From: Marsupella aquatica
Lineage: Eukaryota > Plantae > Marchantiophyta
NCBI GenBank assembly: GCA_973895155.1
Contig: OZ316896.1
Coordinates: forward strand, 22,463,722-22,527,721
Length of the DNA stretch: 64,000 nt
Direction of reading: 5' to 3'
Below the pieces are notes generated by a model that did not search any database, was not told the DNA's origin, and was given only the letters and a program-made list of their open reading frames with translations. The number at the start of each line of letters is the position of its first letter. Positions within the stretch are counted from its first letter, which is position 1. Shown piece after piece: positions 1 to 13,000 of the stretch. The position numbers and the translations under genes were made by a program.

Positions 1-116
1 CCTCTCCCTTTAGAGCAAAAACATCGAAAGCTTGATGAAATATTTGCAACCCCCTCCCCTTAAAGTGAAGTTACGATTTTTAGATAAGGCGGGAAGCTGC
101 AAAATTGAATTAATGT

Positions 117-212
117 GGCTAAGCCTGGTAATTGGCCATTTAGGACCAATTACCAGTACGATGTGCTAAGCCTGGTAATTGGCCATTTAGGACCAATTAC
201 CAGTACGATGTG
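117..212. repeat. Tandem duplication of a ~48-bp unit (intronic)
   Basis: gctaagcctggtaattggccatttaggaccaattaccagtacgatgt occurs twice head to tail. Confidence 0.85.
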
Positions 213-347
213 CTACAACACTCAGAGCACAGGAAATGGTAGCAGAACAGAGGGACCCAACAGGCAAGGACATGAAGCGCTTTCGTTCTGAAGGTAACTT
301 TTGTTTAAACCACGAATCCCTTCGCAAGAAGCCAAGGACTGACTTAC

Positions 348-1639
348 CTTGCATAACGGATAGTGTTGCCACAGGATCAATTGCTGATATCAAGGAACCA
401 AACATCAAGGACTCCAGAAGTGGAGAGTCGGGGCTCATGTGTGTGATGAGACCCGCCAGGTGTAGAAAGTATGTGCATAGTCCGTACACAAGAGAGGATA
501 CAACGGTCCCCACCACGGCAAACAACAGAATTGAAGTGAAGTTGCGGAAAAAATCCTGCGGTGTAACAAAGAAAGTTCCCGTCAACAATATAAGTCGCAC
601 CAAATCATTAATTCATGTAATTCAGCCACTGCTCAGCATCTTCCGTCCTCTGCAGTTATCTACCATCGTCCAATCCCATTCAGAATATAAGAATTCGGAC
701 CACCAACAACCTCAGGTCTCCGTGGCGATACGCATTAATTAAGGATTGGCAAGCTGCAAACCTTCTTCTTCAACGAGTAACCAGCGTTGAATATTATGAT
801 TGGCAATAACCCGTAGAAAAAAACTTGGGGGTCGAATCTCAAATGTCGTCCATCAAGGAAGATCGTAGAAACCACTCCAAAACCCATTCCCAGAAGCATT
901 GCCGATGCTGCATCCACCGACAGTTTGACTCACTTTGACTCTTGTTTGGAACTAAATAGAGAACCAAAAAATATATATAGCATTTCAGGGTACCACCCTC
1001 CTATGGCTTGGCCAGAGATTTCAACGATCCACAACTTCACAACAGATATGAATTCCCCGAGTTTAGCTAAGGAATTCCAAAAGACGAATGACTGGCCATT
1101 CTTGAAAGGTTGCATGGCCCATACGATAGTCCTGCATTCTCTGCCTACAAAGGAATGAAGCTAAGGTTCTCTGAAACTGCAGTGGGTCTTCCATGATTCG
1201 CCAAAACATAGGATGACAATGTATCATATCCCCAATTTACAAGGTCAAACTCGTAGACACTACAGTGATACTGTAGATTACTGGCCAACCCTGACGAGAT
1301 TAAGACCAAGCAACGATCACGCCATAGCGGCCTCGAGATCTTATCCTCCATCTGCTATTCTCAACATCTATATGTGCGCAACACCATGATTTCTACATAC
1401 CACAAACACCTGGTAGATAGAACATGTGCACGAACGGAATTAGAAGGACGGATAGAGCGTTACTTACCTGATTCCGGCAAGTAAATAAAGTGGTACTTCT
1501 TCGTGATGTAGGCAATGAACAACGCAATCAAGAGGAGAAAGCAACAGAGCAAGACATCCACAGAAGTTGCCATTGCTTCTGCTGCTTTCGCGTCCAGAAT
1601 GCTGCTCGTTGGAGAGTCCACAGAAGGCACAAGATCCAT
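348..1639 (-). CDS. NHX: CPA1-family Na+/H+ exchanger (NHX/NHE8-like), first three exons; the gene continues past the window start
   Basis: Exons 1639-1468 (MDLVPS...[11 protein letters not shown]), 907-762 (ASAMLLG...[20 protein letters not shown]) and 555-348 ([17 protein letters not shown]...[16 protein letters not shown]). All have GT-AG borders and join in frame. YLPE, LLP-IIF-AG and FGSLISA-DPV are CPA1 motifs. Confidence 0.92.
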
Positions 1640-1829
1640 CGGTGCTGCTCCTGGAGCTCAATCCCGACGCCCAACAAGCAAGCAGTAAAGAATCTGCACC
1701 ACCTCACCTCCTGCCCTAAATCACCTCTACCATTTCCAATTAAAGCGGCAAGTATAACACCGGACCGGAACCTGATCCACAAATCATCCTCATCACAAGC
1801 GTCCAATTGTCTCGCCAGTCGCCACTGTA

Positions 1830-3400
1830 CTCACCGACCTAGTGACAGCACCTCCTCTTTTATTTCTTGTAACTTTCGGTACGGAATTCCCACCTGCTCT
1901 TGATGACGACGCCTTCCACTCATAGCCAACTGATTACCACTGGATCCGTTCCGTTCTAACGTCCAACCCTGACCGAGGCACGTACAATAATGCACAAGCG
2001 GAGCCTCCAGTTGATGGACCCAAGGTAACATTCGGGGCTCAATTCCTACGACAGGGTATCCCTTTGAGGACGTGGTGTCGGTTTGTCTGTTTGTTCCACC
2101 TTGAGGTACTCGATCTGGACAGAAAGGACGGTGTCTCGCTCCCTTGTAAAATTGGTAATCTGCTCCGCCCGGTCACTCAATCTAGCGTGTGAAACTACAG
2201 GGTGTAGAAATGATAATAACCCTTGCCCACCTCGTGGTAGTCGATCTAATAATGCACCTGGTATGTCTCTCTAACTCTATACCCTGTGTAGTCTGTCCCA
2301 CCTCGTACAATTGGGTCGAGCAAAAACGCACGTTGTGTCGCTACTGCCCTTGCAGAAATGCTACTGTCCACACTCGTGACACTGGGTCTAGAGAGAAGCC
2401 TCGAGTCTCTAATGGCCTTGTAGAACTTCAAATCTCGTCCAATCTCGCGCTGGTGAGTCTAGAGAGAAGGCAACTTTTGCCTCTGTAGCCCTTGGAAAAT
2501 GGACAACCTCGTCCAACCTCGTGCCGGTGACTCCAAAGAGGATGCAATTTGCGTCCCTTTTCCTTGTATAAAAGACCAATCTGCTATCTATCAAACTGAA
2601 GGACGATATTCAAGTGGACAGATGGCGTCAAGATCCCACCTCGTGCCGGCGGTGGGTCTGAGAGAATGCAGCAATGTCTCTCCCACTTGTAGAAATTATA
2701 TTCTGCTGCAGAACCCACAAATCGAGGAAGAACAGGGCTCTAAAAAGCATCAAGAAGACGAGAAGCCATCTCGTGCTGGAGCATCTGGAGATCCCATTTG
2801 TCGAAATAATGAATTGCTCCAGTGCCCACAAGCGTGAAGGACTGTACTTACTGTGACAAATGACACTGAAAGGTCGCCAGATGCCCCACTCTTACTGGGA
2901 GCAGAGGAGGCCCTGACTAGGTGACTAGCAGGTGTCCAGATTGATGATTCATTCATCAACAACTATGCCAGTACATTCGTCCACCATGAACTCATAATCC
3001 CCACAAGCAAATGATGCTGCTGCTTGGCATTGGTGAGGCTGCTTTGGCAGCTTTGCTGGATGCCCATTCTTTCTCTCGTTCTCTTTGCCCCAAGGAGAGC
3101 TATAACTCACTTCCATCTTTCAAGAAGAGGACAACAACCCGTGGACAGACACCGACTGAAGCTGACATCACCATTGCACCTCGCGCTTCTTGCTCGATGA
3201 ATCATCCATCACTACCGGCGTGCATGACGACTCCACGGTTGTACCACACACACAGAACACTGCTGAAAATTGTTCTGAGTCACCGCCATTCAGAGTATCG
3301 AGCATCCTTCCATCGAAGTTTGGGCGTTTAATGATTGTCTCTAAACCTTCAACTCCAAGCAACTCTCAAACCTCCCCCACCTACACTAAAGTAGTACAAC
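1830..3400 (-). other. Degenerate coding-like block upstream of NHX, possibly a TE accessory-gene relic
   Basis: Many short interrupted ORFs with coding-like composition and no motif I recognise. Confidence 0.25.
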
Positions 3401-4104
3401 AGCACCACTATAAAGCTGCCTAAGGTAGTAACGGATTTGGGATCCAAATTCAAGCCCAGCACTAAATGGACCACAGTAGCCTGAGTGCCTGAGTACCTTT
3501 CCTTGAGCCCTGCAATTTGATGTACCTTAACTCCCTAGTTATCTATTATGGACACAAAAAGTTATGGACCACAAAATTTATAATCCATAACTTTTTGCCA
3601 TAAGGATTGGTCTTATGTCATAACCATTTAGTCACTATATAGGCTCGTAACAGAAAAACCAAAAAAACTTTTACATAGTCTTGTGAAAAAGTTATGATCT
3701 ATTGTTTATGACCAAATGCCATCATCTCTGTAATTTCCAAGCTTTGAGATGCCCTAATAATAGAGATGACAAGAAGAAAACCATTATAAAGCTGCCTATG
3801 GTAGTAAGGATCCATCTTCAAGCCCAGCACTAAATGGACTACAGTAGCCTGATTACCCCTTTCTTGAGCCCAATAGAGATGAGGAGGAAAAAAACCTTGT
3901 TGATAAAGGGATTCCATGGTATTTCATGTTCATCTTGGCCCTCTCACTTATGCCCTCAGTTAGAGTCACGGACTAGAGACTTCACTTTTGACAGTAGACC
4001 CAAGGAGTAACTTTTGATGTGCTTTATTAGTTAGACTGCCAGCCATGAATAGGATTCTCCTATAGGGCACTGTCCCATCATTGCCAAAAGCACCCTTAAA
4101 AATT

Positions 4105-4520
4105 CATATATCAAATTGCCACAGAACAAAAGAGCCCATACAGGATCACAAAAGCAAGAGACCTAATAAAGGGGGGGGGGGGGGGGGGGCAAATGGACCC
4201 CCCCCCCCCCACAAACAAAAACAAAAACAAAAACCAGAGAAATAATAATGTCAGTGAGTTGAGGACACCAAAAGTAGAGTGGAAGGCTCTGCTGGCCACC
4301 CACTCCCTATTACAAATTTGAGGGTTGCCTTGAAATAACAATTGATTTAAATCTTGCCCAAGATTCTTGGAGATTAAACGACTAACCTGTGCGAGGACTG
4401 CTGGAAGGGTGCCCTTACACTCGTTTCCAATTTGCCCCCTTTCCCTGTACCATATTCTTGCAACAAGGGTGACATGGACATGCAGTACAGTTTGGATGCA
4501 CTGCCCCTGTTGCAAGAACC
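4105..4520 (-). mobile_element. 3'-terminal fragment of a CRE-type non-LTR retrotransposon family
   Basis: End sequence atatatcaaattgcca...ggatcac...gcaagagacctaat..ggggg resembles the CRE 3' end at 46205-46300; the adjacent degenerate ORF may be its C-terminus. Confidence 0.45.
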
Positions 4521-5264
4521 CAGGTAGGGGCTAATGAAAACACCCCTTAAGGCTAGTGTTCCATCCGAGGGGTGATGGATTACTAAGAACATTCTGATCT
4601 ACAGTGTAGGAGACGGAAATGACAGTTTAGGGTATATATAATATATAATAGAGATCATTTAATAGTTTCTGTATTGGTCATTTGTGTACTCTATTCTCCT
4701 TTTGTACAATGCCTTTGATGTGGCAAAAGGGGAAGGTAGAAGTGTATTATGCCAGGAGAGGAATGGTATACTTTCTCTGTGCTGCCCCCCTTCATAAGAT
4801 AAAAACGAGGTCGAGTTTAATGGAAATCAGCCCCAAGGATATCTTTTGCATTCACCCCCTCTGTTGCTCAAGTGGTACACTTCATGGGTCTACCCCATTT
4901 GTCACATGAGGGGTGGGCAGCAGGTGTCTGGGGGTTGAATGGCAGCAGGTGTCTTATCAGAGCAAGCTTTGTGGGTAACGATGCAAGCTATCCCCTAATA
5001 AGTATGGAGATCACTTTGTTAGCACTTTTCTATTCTCACTCCTGGTCCATTCTAGTTTGAGGACTTGGACATTTAATTACTGATGGCAAGTATATCCGTT
5101 TGTTCTCTATACCATAATCTCAATTCTTAGAAAACCATGACATATGCTTCTTCATTCGTTTTCATCTACGAGCTGTTGATACATTCTTCACAATGATAAC
5201 CTGTAACTTCTCAAGTCGTTGCGAGTCAAATTTCATTAATCAAGAATTAAGGAAATCCTGTGCT

Positions 5265-8200
5265 GATTTTCTGCACCAGTGCAAGGCTCTGTTTCCAATC
5301 AATCCTCTTGCTTGTCCCTAGAAAAGAGAGGAGAGGGAAATACCCTAGTGATGCAAAAAACGAAACACAGAATTTAGATGGAGGATATAATTAAAACACT
5401 GGGACAGGATCAAAGAAAATATACTTTACTGTACTGTACTGCCTCTGAACAGCAATTAGCATAACCCATAAACTTCGTATGAGAATTCGAAGGGCTGTGA
5501 AGTGCCCACCGTGAAGCCATTCGTTAAGTATTGCATTAGCTTGGAATTCTTAGACTAGAATGAGTTCATTGCCTTCATTCCCATTAGCTTGGAATTGTTA
5601 GATTAGAATGAGTTCATTGCCTTCATTCCAACAACCGACGAGAGGCACCAAGTTCTTGTGGTGCACCCTTCAAGAATGTCAACCTGAGTAAAGCTGTAAA
5701 CAATCATTCCTGCAATTGATTATGAATTAATTAGTAAAAGTGGCGTTTGTGGTCGAATTGGTCAAATTTCATTATTTATCAAGTGGTTTCCAGTCCTTTG
5801 GAGTAAGGGTGCCCCTGATTGTGCTTGATCTATTGTGGGATATATATTACTGACAGTACTAGAGCAATCATTGCAATGTGGACCATTAACCCTCACTAGA
5901 GCATTTGAAGAGACCGAGGGCCTGTGGGGTGGGGTGGTGGGGGGGGGGGGAGACCATCCTAAATACTCACGAAGTACCCACCGTGAAGCCATTCGTGAAG
6001 TATTGCCTTCGTAGTTTTACACTATTTCTGATTATTTTCTGTTCTCTCGAATGAGATTTATACACCTTACGCACCTTATTGGAGATATCCAATGATTGCC
6101 GTCAAAGACTTTCAACCACATAACACTCATCTTTAGGTTCATACAATTATTAGATTAAAGAACTCGCAAACGCAGTACTGTATAAACACTAGATTGAAAC
6201 TGCTCAAGCTGAATACCTCAGTGATGAACTGCTTGCGACCTTGTGGAGATTGAATGGTGTTCACCTTGACGACCTCCCTATAAATGAGGAGTCCACGATA
6301 CACTGGCCCAACAATCCCTGCCCAATTCTTGTTTGGAAATATTTAATTGCAATTTTGACGTCTACTTCTAGATGTCTAAGTTTCAATTGGGTAAATGGCA
6401 ACTTGCGTCGTGTGTGGTCCTATAGAGTAACAACGTTTTTTATGAGTATCCTGGGAACGTTTTTCACAAAGGGTTTCCACTCCAAAGCTGCACACTAGAG
6501 AACCAGAATTCAATATCTTCATACAGTCGCTCCATTTGTAAAGCAGCTACTGTACATGCATTGGTTCCTTCGATATGCAAATTATTCATACTCTCTTAAC
6601 GCCAGCTCCATCTCTTTCGGGGAGAGAGAAAGACATGGAGCGAGAGACTGTTTTGCACCGTAAGGTGACAAGGGACTTCACCATTCAAAATATCCAACGT
6701 ACTCAAAAACTGCATCCACCTCAACACAGGTATGTTTGTACAGCTTTTATGCAGAGTCCACTCAGTGTATAGGTACCCAAGTCCTTACCAGTTGTAGGTC
6801 TTTTTCCCTTGGAGCGTATGAACCAAATGGTGAGCACAATTCCAAGCCCAAGTACTGCACCAACTATAGCAGCCACAAGAACGCCAATGCTTGATGACTT
6901 TTTCTTTTCGATTGAAGGCAATCCGGGAGCCAATGCCGCAGCCAATCCAGCCAGTCCCGCAGCCAGTCCTGGAGCTAGCCAACCCCGGAGCCAATCCCAA
7001 GAACCTATTACCAGAATATCTGTGAATCAAAGTAGCTATCGCATTCTGATAAGGTGTACGTTATTGAAAGATAACCAACTGTACTGAAAGTCTTCATTGA
7101 GACAACTAGCTTTGATTATCCAATTCAAGAGCAGAAATTAATGTTCGCTTGATAATTGACGCCCTAAGTACTTGGCTCTGCGATGTTGTGATCCTTAACA
7201 GCCGTGCCTTGGAAGAATCGTAGGAAGAGAGTAGTGGGAAGCAAGTATTGTTAAGTTATCTTGAATTCAGCTCGATAAATATGTCAGTGACTGATCTAAA
7301 GATGATGGTACATACTCAAAATTTGATCCCAACTCTGCTACAGATCAGGTGGTACTTCACCGGATAACTCGTTGATCCATATATACGATCAGCAACGAGA
7401 ACTTGACTGTGAGCATGACCACAGATCAAATTGAACAAAATCTTGTGGTGATCAGCAAACGACAGTGAAAACCATCTAGCGACATGCGTACAATCAACTC
7501 ATTCATTTGAATAGTTTTTGTGCACATATAAAGAAGTCATTGCGAAGCTGCATACTCAATGTTAAATCTCCCCAAAGGCCGCTGACTGGAGACAAGTGCA
7601 GGTCAAAAATATTGCGCGGGTGGGTGCCCCCCTCCCGGATGTTTGGGACACACCTCTGGAACTTTGGCATACTTTGAGGGCCATTGTTTCCTGGATCCTC
7701 TGGAAGGACAAAAGTCCACAATTCATTGAGCATACTCGTTCGTGTGACAGTGTGATGGGGCTTCCAACAATTGTCCAGAAGTTTGCATCGACGGGGACTT
7801 CGGGGTATTTGGAATTGTCCTTTCACCATGGAGAAAGTGCAATTTGTGAAGTATCACTTGGGGAACGAATCCTTATTAGTAAGAAAGACCACGGCCGTTT
7901 TTTCCGAGCGAGTCTAAAGAAGAATTCTTACGATCGTTGCTCATGGGTTTATGCAAGATGACAGGAATTGAGTGGTCAGCATTTCACAGAAGCCGTCACA
8001 AATCTGCAAGTTCCTTGTGGGATTGGCTTGAGTTGAGACCAAAAATTAAAATGTACAGAAACTTGGCATTGTTTACAAACAGAGAGGTAGGGCTGCATTG
8101 TGAACCAATTCATCAGCCACTTTGGGCTCTGCGCAGTGAGCTTTATTGCGACTATTCTTCTCGACATAGTTTTGGACACTGATTGACATAATATCCTGCA

Positions 8201-8640
8201 CAGTTGATTTGTGACTGGTGAGCAACAGAAATTCCAAGAATCCCAAGACAACACACGAGAAAGCATCCGTTGGTGGTAGATGAAGTTATGGCTGTCCAAG
8301 ATTTTATGATTTGTTCAGATTTCTATGTCGGTTCCTGAAGCGAGCCGAATCAAGCCATACCAGGGCACTCTGCAATTACAAACAAAGAGGATTTGCGGGA
8401 TAGCAATTATGAGAGGAAAGAAGGCAAGAAAACTTGATGTGGGGAGGGGAAGAGTACTTTTGAAAATGAACGACACCCGAACCAGCGATGGAACAGGCAC
8501 TTCGATATACACAGGAGATCCAAGGTGAGAAAGCCGAACCAAAGATGGAACAGGGCTGTAACTCACTGGTAAGGCACTTCGACATACACAGGAGGTCCAA
8601 GGTCCAATTTCCTAATCAATCCATGCTGTTGAAATTCCAG
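5265..8640 (-). pseudogene. LRR receptor-like kinase pseudogene (LRR-I / malectin-LRR type)
   Basis: Minus-strand relics in the expected order: NW..D..C / VPYQ*VT (W.GDPC.P..W cap, ~8560-8610); LRR NELSGEVPPDL* (~7340-7375); TM IGVLVAAIVGAVLGLGIVLTIWF-RSK (6800-6900); kinase I-III IGQG/frameshift/GPVYRG...SPQGRKQFITE (6220-6350); RVHHKNLVPLVGC..EGNELILV*EF.AN..L.EWLHG (5510-5680); IDWKQ (~5300). Multiple stops and frameshifts. Confidence 0.8.
7500..7800 (+). mobile_element. Possible LINE 3' remnant inside the RLK pseudogene
   Basis: LELWHTLRAIVSWILWK resembles the W..lr..i.W.lWk.RN motif at the end of plant L1 ORF2; short and degenerate. Confidence 0.3.
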
Positions 8641-10024
8641 ACAAGGACAGAGAGCAGGGAAAGAGAGCTATGAGAGGAGCATAGCGTTCCCCCTGACCAT
8701 GACCATATGGTTACTAGAACAACCTCTAAACCCGCAGCTTCAAGGCTCCCCAAATGTTATCTCCGCCACCCTCACAATACTCTTGACTTGACTTTCTTCC
8801 CCACTAGCACTCGGACATATCTTGATTATCCAGGGAGCGCAGAGGCGGGTGCACAGCTAGTACGTAGCAAAGAGAAAAGCTGCGAGCCAACAAAGACTAA
8901 GGGATCACAGAGATTCCAAAATTGGTAAGAAACATGACTGCCCAACGTTTAAACGCTTCCCATCACATTAACAAAACCATTTCGAGAAAAACTGCACGGA
9001 ACCATAGATACGCAAACGTAACAAGGTGCTCATAGATTTGATAATCCACTAGATTTGGAGAGTCGGGAAAAGCCGTACGAAGATCGAAGTACGAAGATAT
9101 TTGCTAGACACACATGGCGAACCCCAATATTGGAAACGCTGTGCTTGAATACGTGACAGAAAGTCACTTCTCTATTATTCTCTCGAAATGGTGCATGGTG
9201 GATATGACGGTCGCAAATTTCCCCAAGCCAAGCTGTACTACGTTGCTCGAACAGTGAAGCTGAACCTGCAACTATACTTTTAAGTTCATCTCAAATTATA
9301 CCATACAGGGTGCATCAGCAGCACAGTGCGTTGCTGTGCCGCCGGAAATTATACAGACCATAAACTATACTACAAAAAATCACCTACAACTACCCGATGA
9401 GCCACCACCAGCTACCAACCTCCTTGAATGGTTGGTTACAAGAAGATATTACGTGAGCTTGGCGGGTCAGCTACAAGAAGATGTAAGGCAAGCTTCGCAT
9501 CTAAAATAAGGTCATATCGGTCACTAGAATACTAACCAGTAACTGTAAGTTACAATTGCACTCCAGCAAGGTGTAGAGTACATAAACGTCACGTTTCTCA
9601 ATGCGCTGCTACGGAGGCTGCCGCTGCCTAACTTATAGTAATCCACTCTAGTAAATTAGAGTGACGAGCAGACCAGAGCGGCCACTCGCCGGTAAGCACA
9701 AATTGCTACGGCATGCCCACTACGTAGACAGCAATCTCAACTATGTTGAGGTTTTGATAATTTGCCTTGACAGGCGTTTGGCGCCACATTTCAAGGCGAA
9801 ATCGTCAGAGGTGTACTTAGAACCAAGTGTACACAATTCATACACAAGCTTCCAATTTCCGTCTGCGAAACACCCTCAGCGCTGAGCTGAGCTTTCAAGT
9901 TGCTCTTCGCATTCAGGAAGTCGTAGACCGGTGAATAAGTCGAGCTTCACGCAGATTAAATCTCTGCGAAAATGCTTATACTTAAAAAGTACGGAGCAAG
10001 ATGTCCGACTCTTCAAAATATTCC

Positions 10025-13000
10025 TCACAGCGAGGTCATCGTAACTGTGCCCATCTTGTAAACATCCACGCGCTTGACGTTCACCGGAGTGGTACCATTG
10101 TTGAAGAGGAACACACCCGCGTTACTGTTCAAGGCGATCTGTGGGTATACTCGTGCTGTGATTGCAAATCTACCCCCTTGCACAAATGTTTCTACCATCG
10201 AGTGATCGACCTGCATTCATAGGTATAGCAGAGAATTGTGAGCGTGGCAATACTGATAAAGACAATCGTTATCAAATTTGATGGAGGTACTTACTATCGA
10301 TATTTGGAGAGCCATTTTCAGCAACAAACACTTATGCCAGTGGTAATGGACACTTACAAGGATACGAAGAGAGAGCTCAGTTTCTTGCGGCATAACCGTC
10401 AAGTAGCTTCCATAGACGGTTTTGTCGAGGCCCTTCGCCTGCGAGGACTTGCTCTGATCGCTGCACACCCTTGTGCTCCATTCTCCATTCTTTCCATGAG
10501 AGATGAAGAAGAAAATGCCTGTGTGCTCGATGAGCTTCTCATCCGCAAGGACGAGGACACCAAAAGGACCAAACGTGCCTCTCTGTGCAGATCCTCCTTG
10601 ACTGCAGTCGAATTCTTCCATAAGATCGGGATTGAATTCGCCAACGGCGCTCACATTGGGCCTCTCAAATGTGACCAATATATCTAACTGTTAACAAAAA
10701 CAAGTCAATCGTTAGGTAGTGTTCAAACTGATTGCAGAAAGCTTTAACTATACCAGTTTTCAGCGCAAACAAGAATCGCAGTTTCTGAGGCATAGCCCGT
10801 AACTAGGAATCAACGACCCGATAAATAGTTTATCAGTACGACACAGTCTGATAGGCAGACCCATGGCCCACCAGTAAACTCCCTTCCGACTACCTCTCAA
10901 CAAATTCATGCATACTCCGACAATTAAGATTGAAGACGAATGAAACCTACGACAGAAGCTATAACCCCACCAATCCCTTAGATGCAAATCGGAGGCCTGT
11001 CGAAGAGCACAATTAGATTGGAAACATACGAGGAGTCCCAACAACACAGCAACACGGGGAGAGTACCTAACCCATTGGGACGTTGCGGACGATTCCGCTA
11101 CGCTGATACGCGAATAAACAAAGAAAAGAACTTCTAATCGAAGGCAGAACATGCAGATACGTAAACGACATAATCATTAGCCTACAGTCACGCTGACGTA
11201 AGGTTCAACCTATCCCACGGACGCATGAAAAAAGCCTACTGGAAGATCCGACGAACGCAAACTCGTACCCCTACTTGAGAGACTTGGAGAGGAGATCGAC
11301 CTCTAAATAAATGAGCAAGTACCACTGACGGGTATATTCAACACAGAAACAAGAAGCTTTGTGTGAAGAGTGGCTACTACATACCTGGTTACCGTCGCCC
11401 CCCTTCACTTTCCATGTCTCTGCGGGCTTCAGTGCGATGTTCGTGTGACTGGTGTGGGAACTGCGCAGTTCCTCCACTTCCTCGACAGGCCAGATGAGCA
11501 AATTCGATTTGGTCATTGGGTCGAGCCATATAGCCCTGGGAATAGCCTGTTAAACACAACACGAAACTATCCATCAACAATGCAATTCTGATGAAAGATC
11601 ACAGCATTAGGAAGTGTGAAATGAAACATCTTGAGCAACGAATAATCCGAGGAATAAAAACAGGAGAAGGCAAGGCCGCCTACCATAGCACAGGCCCAGC
11701 CTTTTGACACATCATCTGTTTCGCTGTCGGACTCATTGACGTAACCCCAAAGAATACGTCTGCGAGTGGTTGGGTCGAAGAAAGTCTTGGAGGCGTAGAA
11801 TTTTCCCCAATCATAACGGAGACCAATACCCACGTCAATCGACTTGTCGTCGGGAGTGAACTGGTGTGTCTCCAAAGAGTAGGTACCAATAGCATAATGA
11901 TCGTGCCTGAGTTCGTCCATGCTTGCCTTCAACACGTACTTGATGTCATTATGGTAATGCTCAGCATGATTCTCGGTATCGGGCCAATACCCTTTCCGCA
12001 GAACAGAGTGATTCGCTCCAATTTGACCTTCACTGAGAATTGGGTATAGATCGAGGCACTCCCACATCCCAGTTCCGGCCACTCTGTCCAGGATGGTACC
12101 AGTCAAGTTCCAATGATAGAAATCAGTGCTCGTGTACATCAAGGCAGCGCCATCTCTTGATCCGTCAGGATTGTCGATCCTCGACCCAAGGGCCACTCTC
12201 CACAAACCGTCGTCCTCGAGCCAAGCTGTGGTAGGATCTCTGAAGTCCTGAGGACGGATGAATTCGGGGTTCAGCATGATCGGATTCTGTTCTACCTTGT
12301 ACCATTTCCTTAGTAGTGGATCGGAAGGATCCTCAGGTAGAGCCATGTTCTGAGATTGCTCAGCCAAGCTGCTGAATGCAGTTCGTCCGCCGGTGTAAAG
12401 GATGACTGGGGTCCCGTCTTCGCGAATGGATGCATAGCCAGACCAAACACCAAAAACGTCGTACCATTCAGTGGGCCTCAGGATCTCCTCCAGATATATC
12501 CAGTGAACCAAGTCTTTGGAGACGGTGTGACCCCATCCAATATCTCCCCAGCTGGCGCCATTGGGGTTGTACTGGTAGAAGAGATGATACCATCCTTTGT
12601 AGTACAGAGGAGCTGTCAAATTCAATGAAAATGTTGTTAGAGGAGCGCAAAGAGCCTTCAAAAGGTATTGCCAGATTACTCAATTCGACAAGTCTACACC
12701 AAGGCAGATGTAGAGGAACGTCTGCCTACTGAATAAAGTTCACTGACGTGAGCCCCTCATTTCGGCTTCCCTTGAGCCGGTTACTTATGACAGCCAGGAT
12801 CACACTTCCACACTGGTCACGACCACTTATTGCTCATGTGTACGGAATGGAGGGAAACGAAAAGAGGAACGCTCGCGCATGCAAATACACTTCAGCATTC
12901 CAGACCCCTTCTACCGATTTCGTACACCCTGGTTTAAATTAAGTTCCCCCTGGCCGTTGATACAACCTTACAGGAGGCAGTTCTTCAACGCATGTTTGAA

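Noticed and set aside
4170-4210. Poly-G/poly-C hairpin or G-quadruplex
   Set aside because: Homopolymer tracts within a retroelement tail; lengths are unreliable and there is no evidence of function
11567-12661. GH32 lacking the catalytic NDPN nucleophile (dead enzyme)
   Set aside because: The Asp is supplied across the exon 1 / mini-exon junction at 13376-13384
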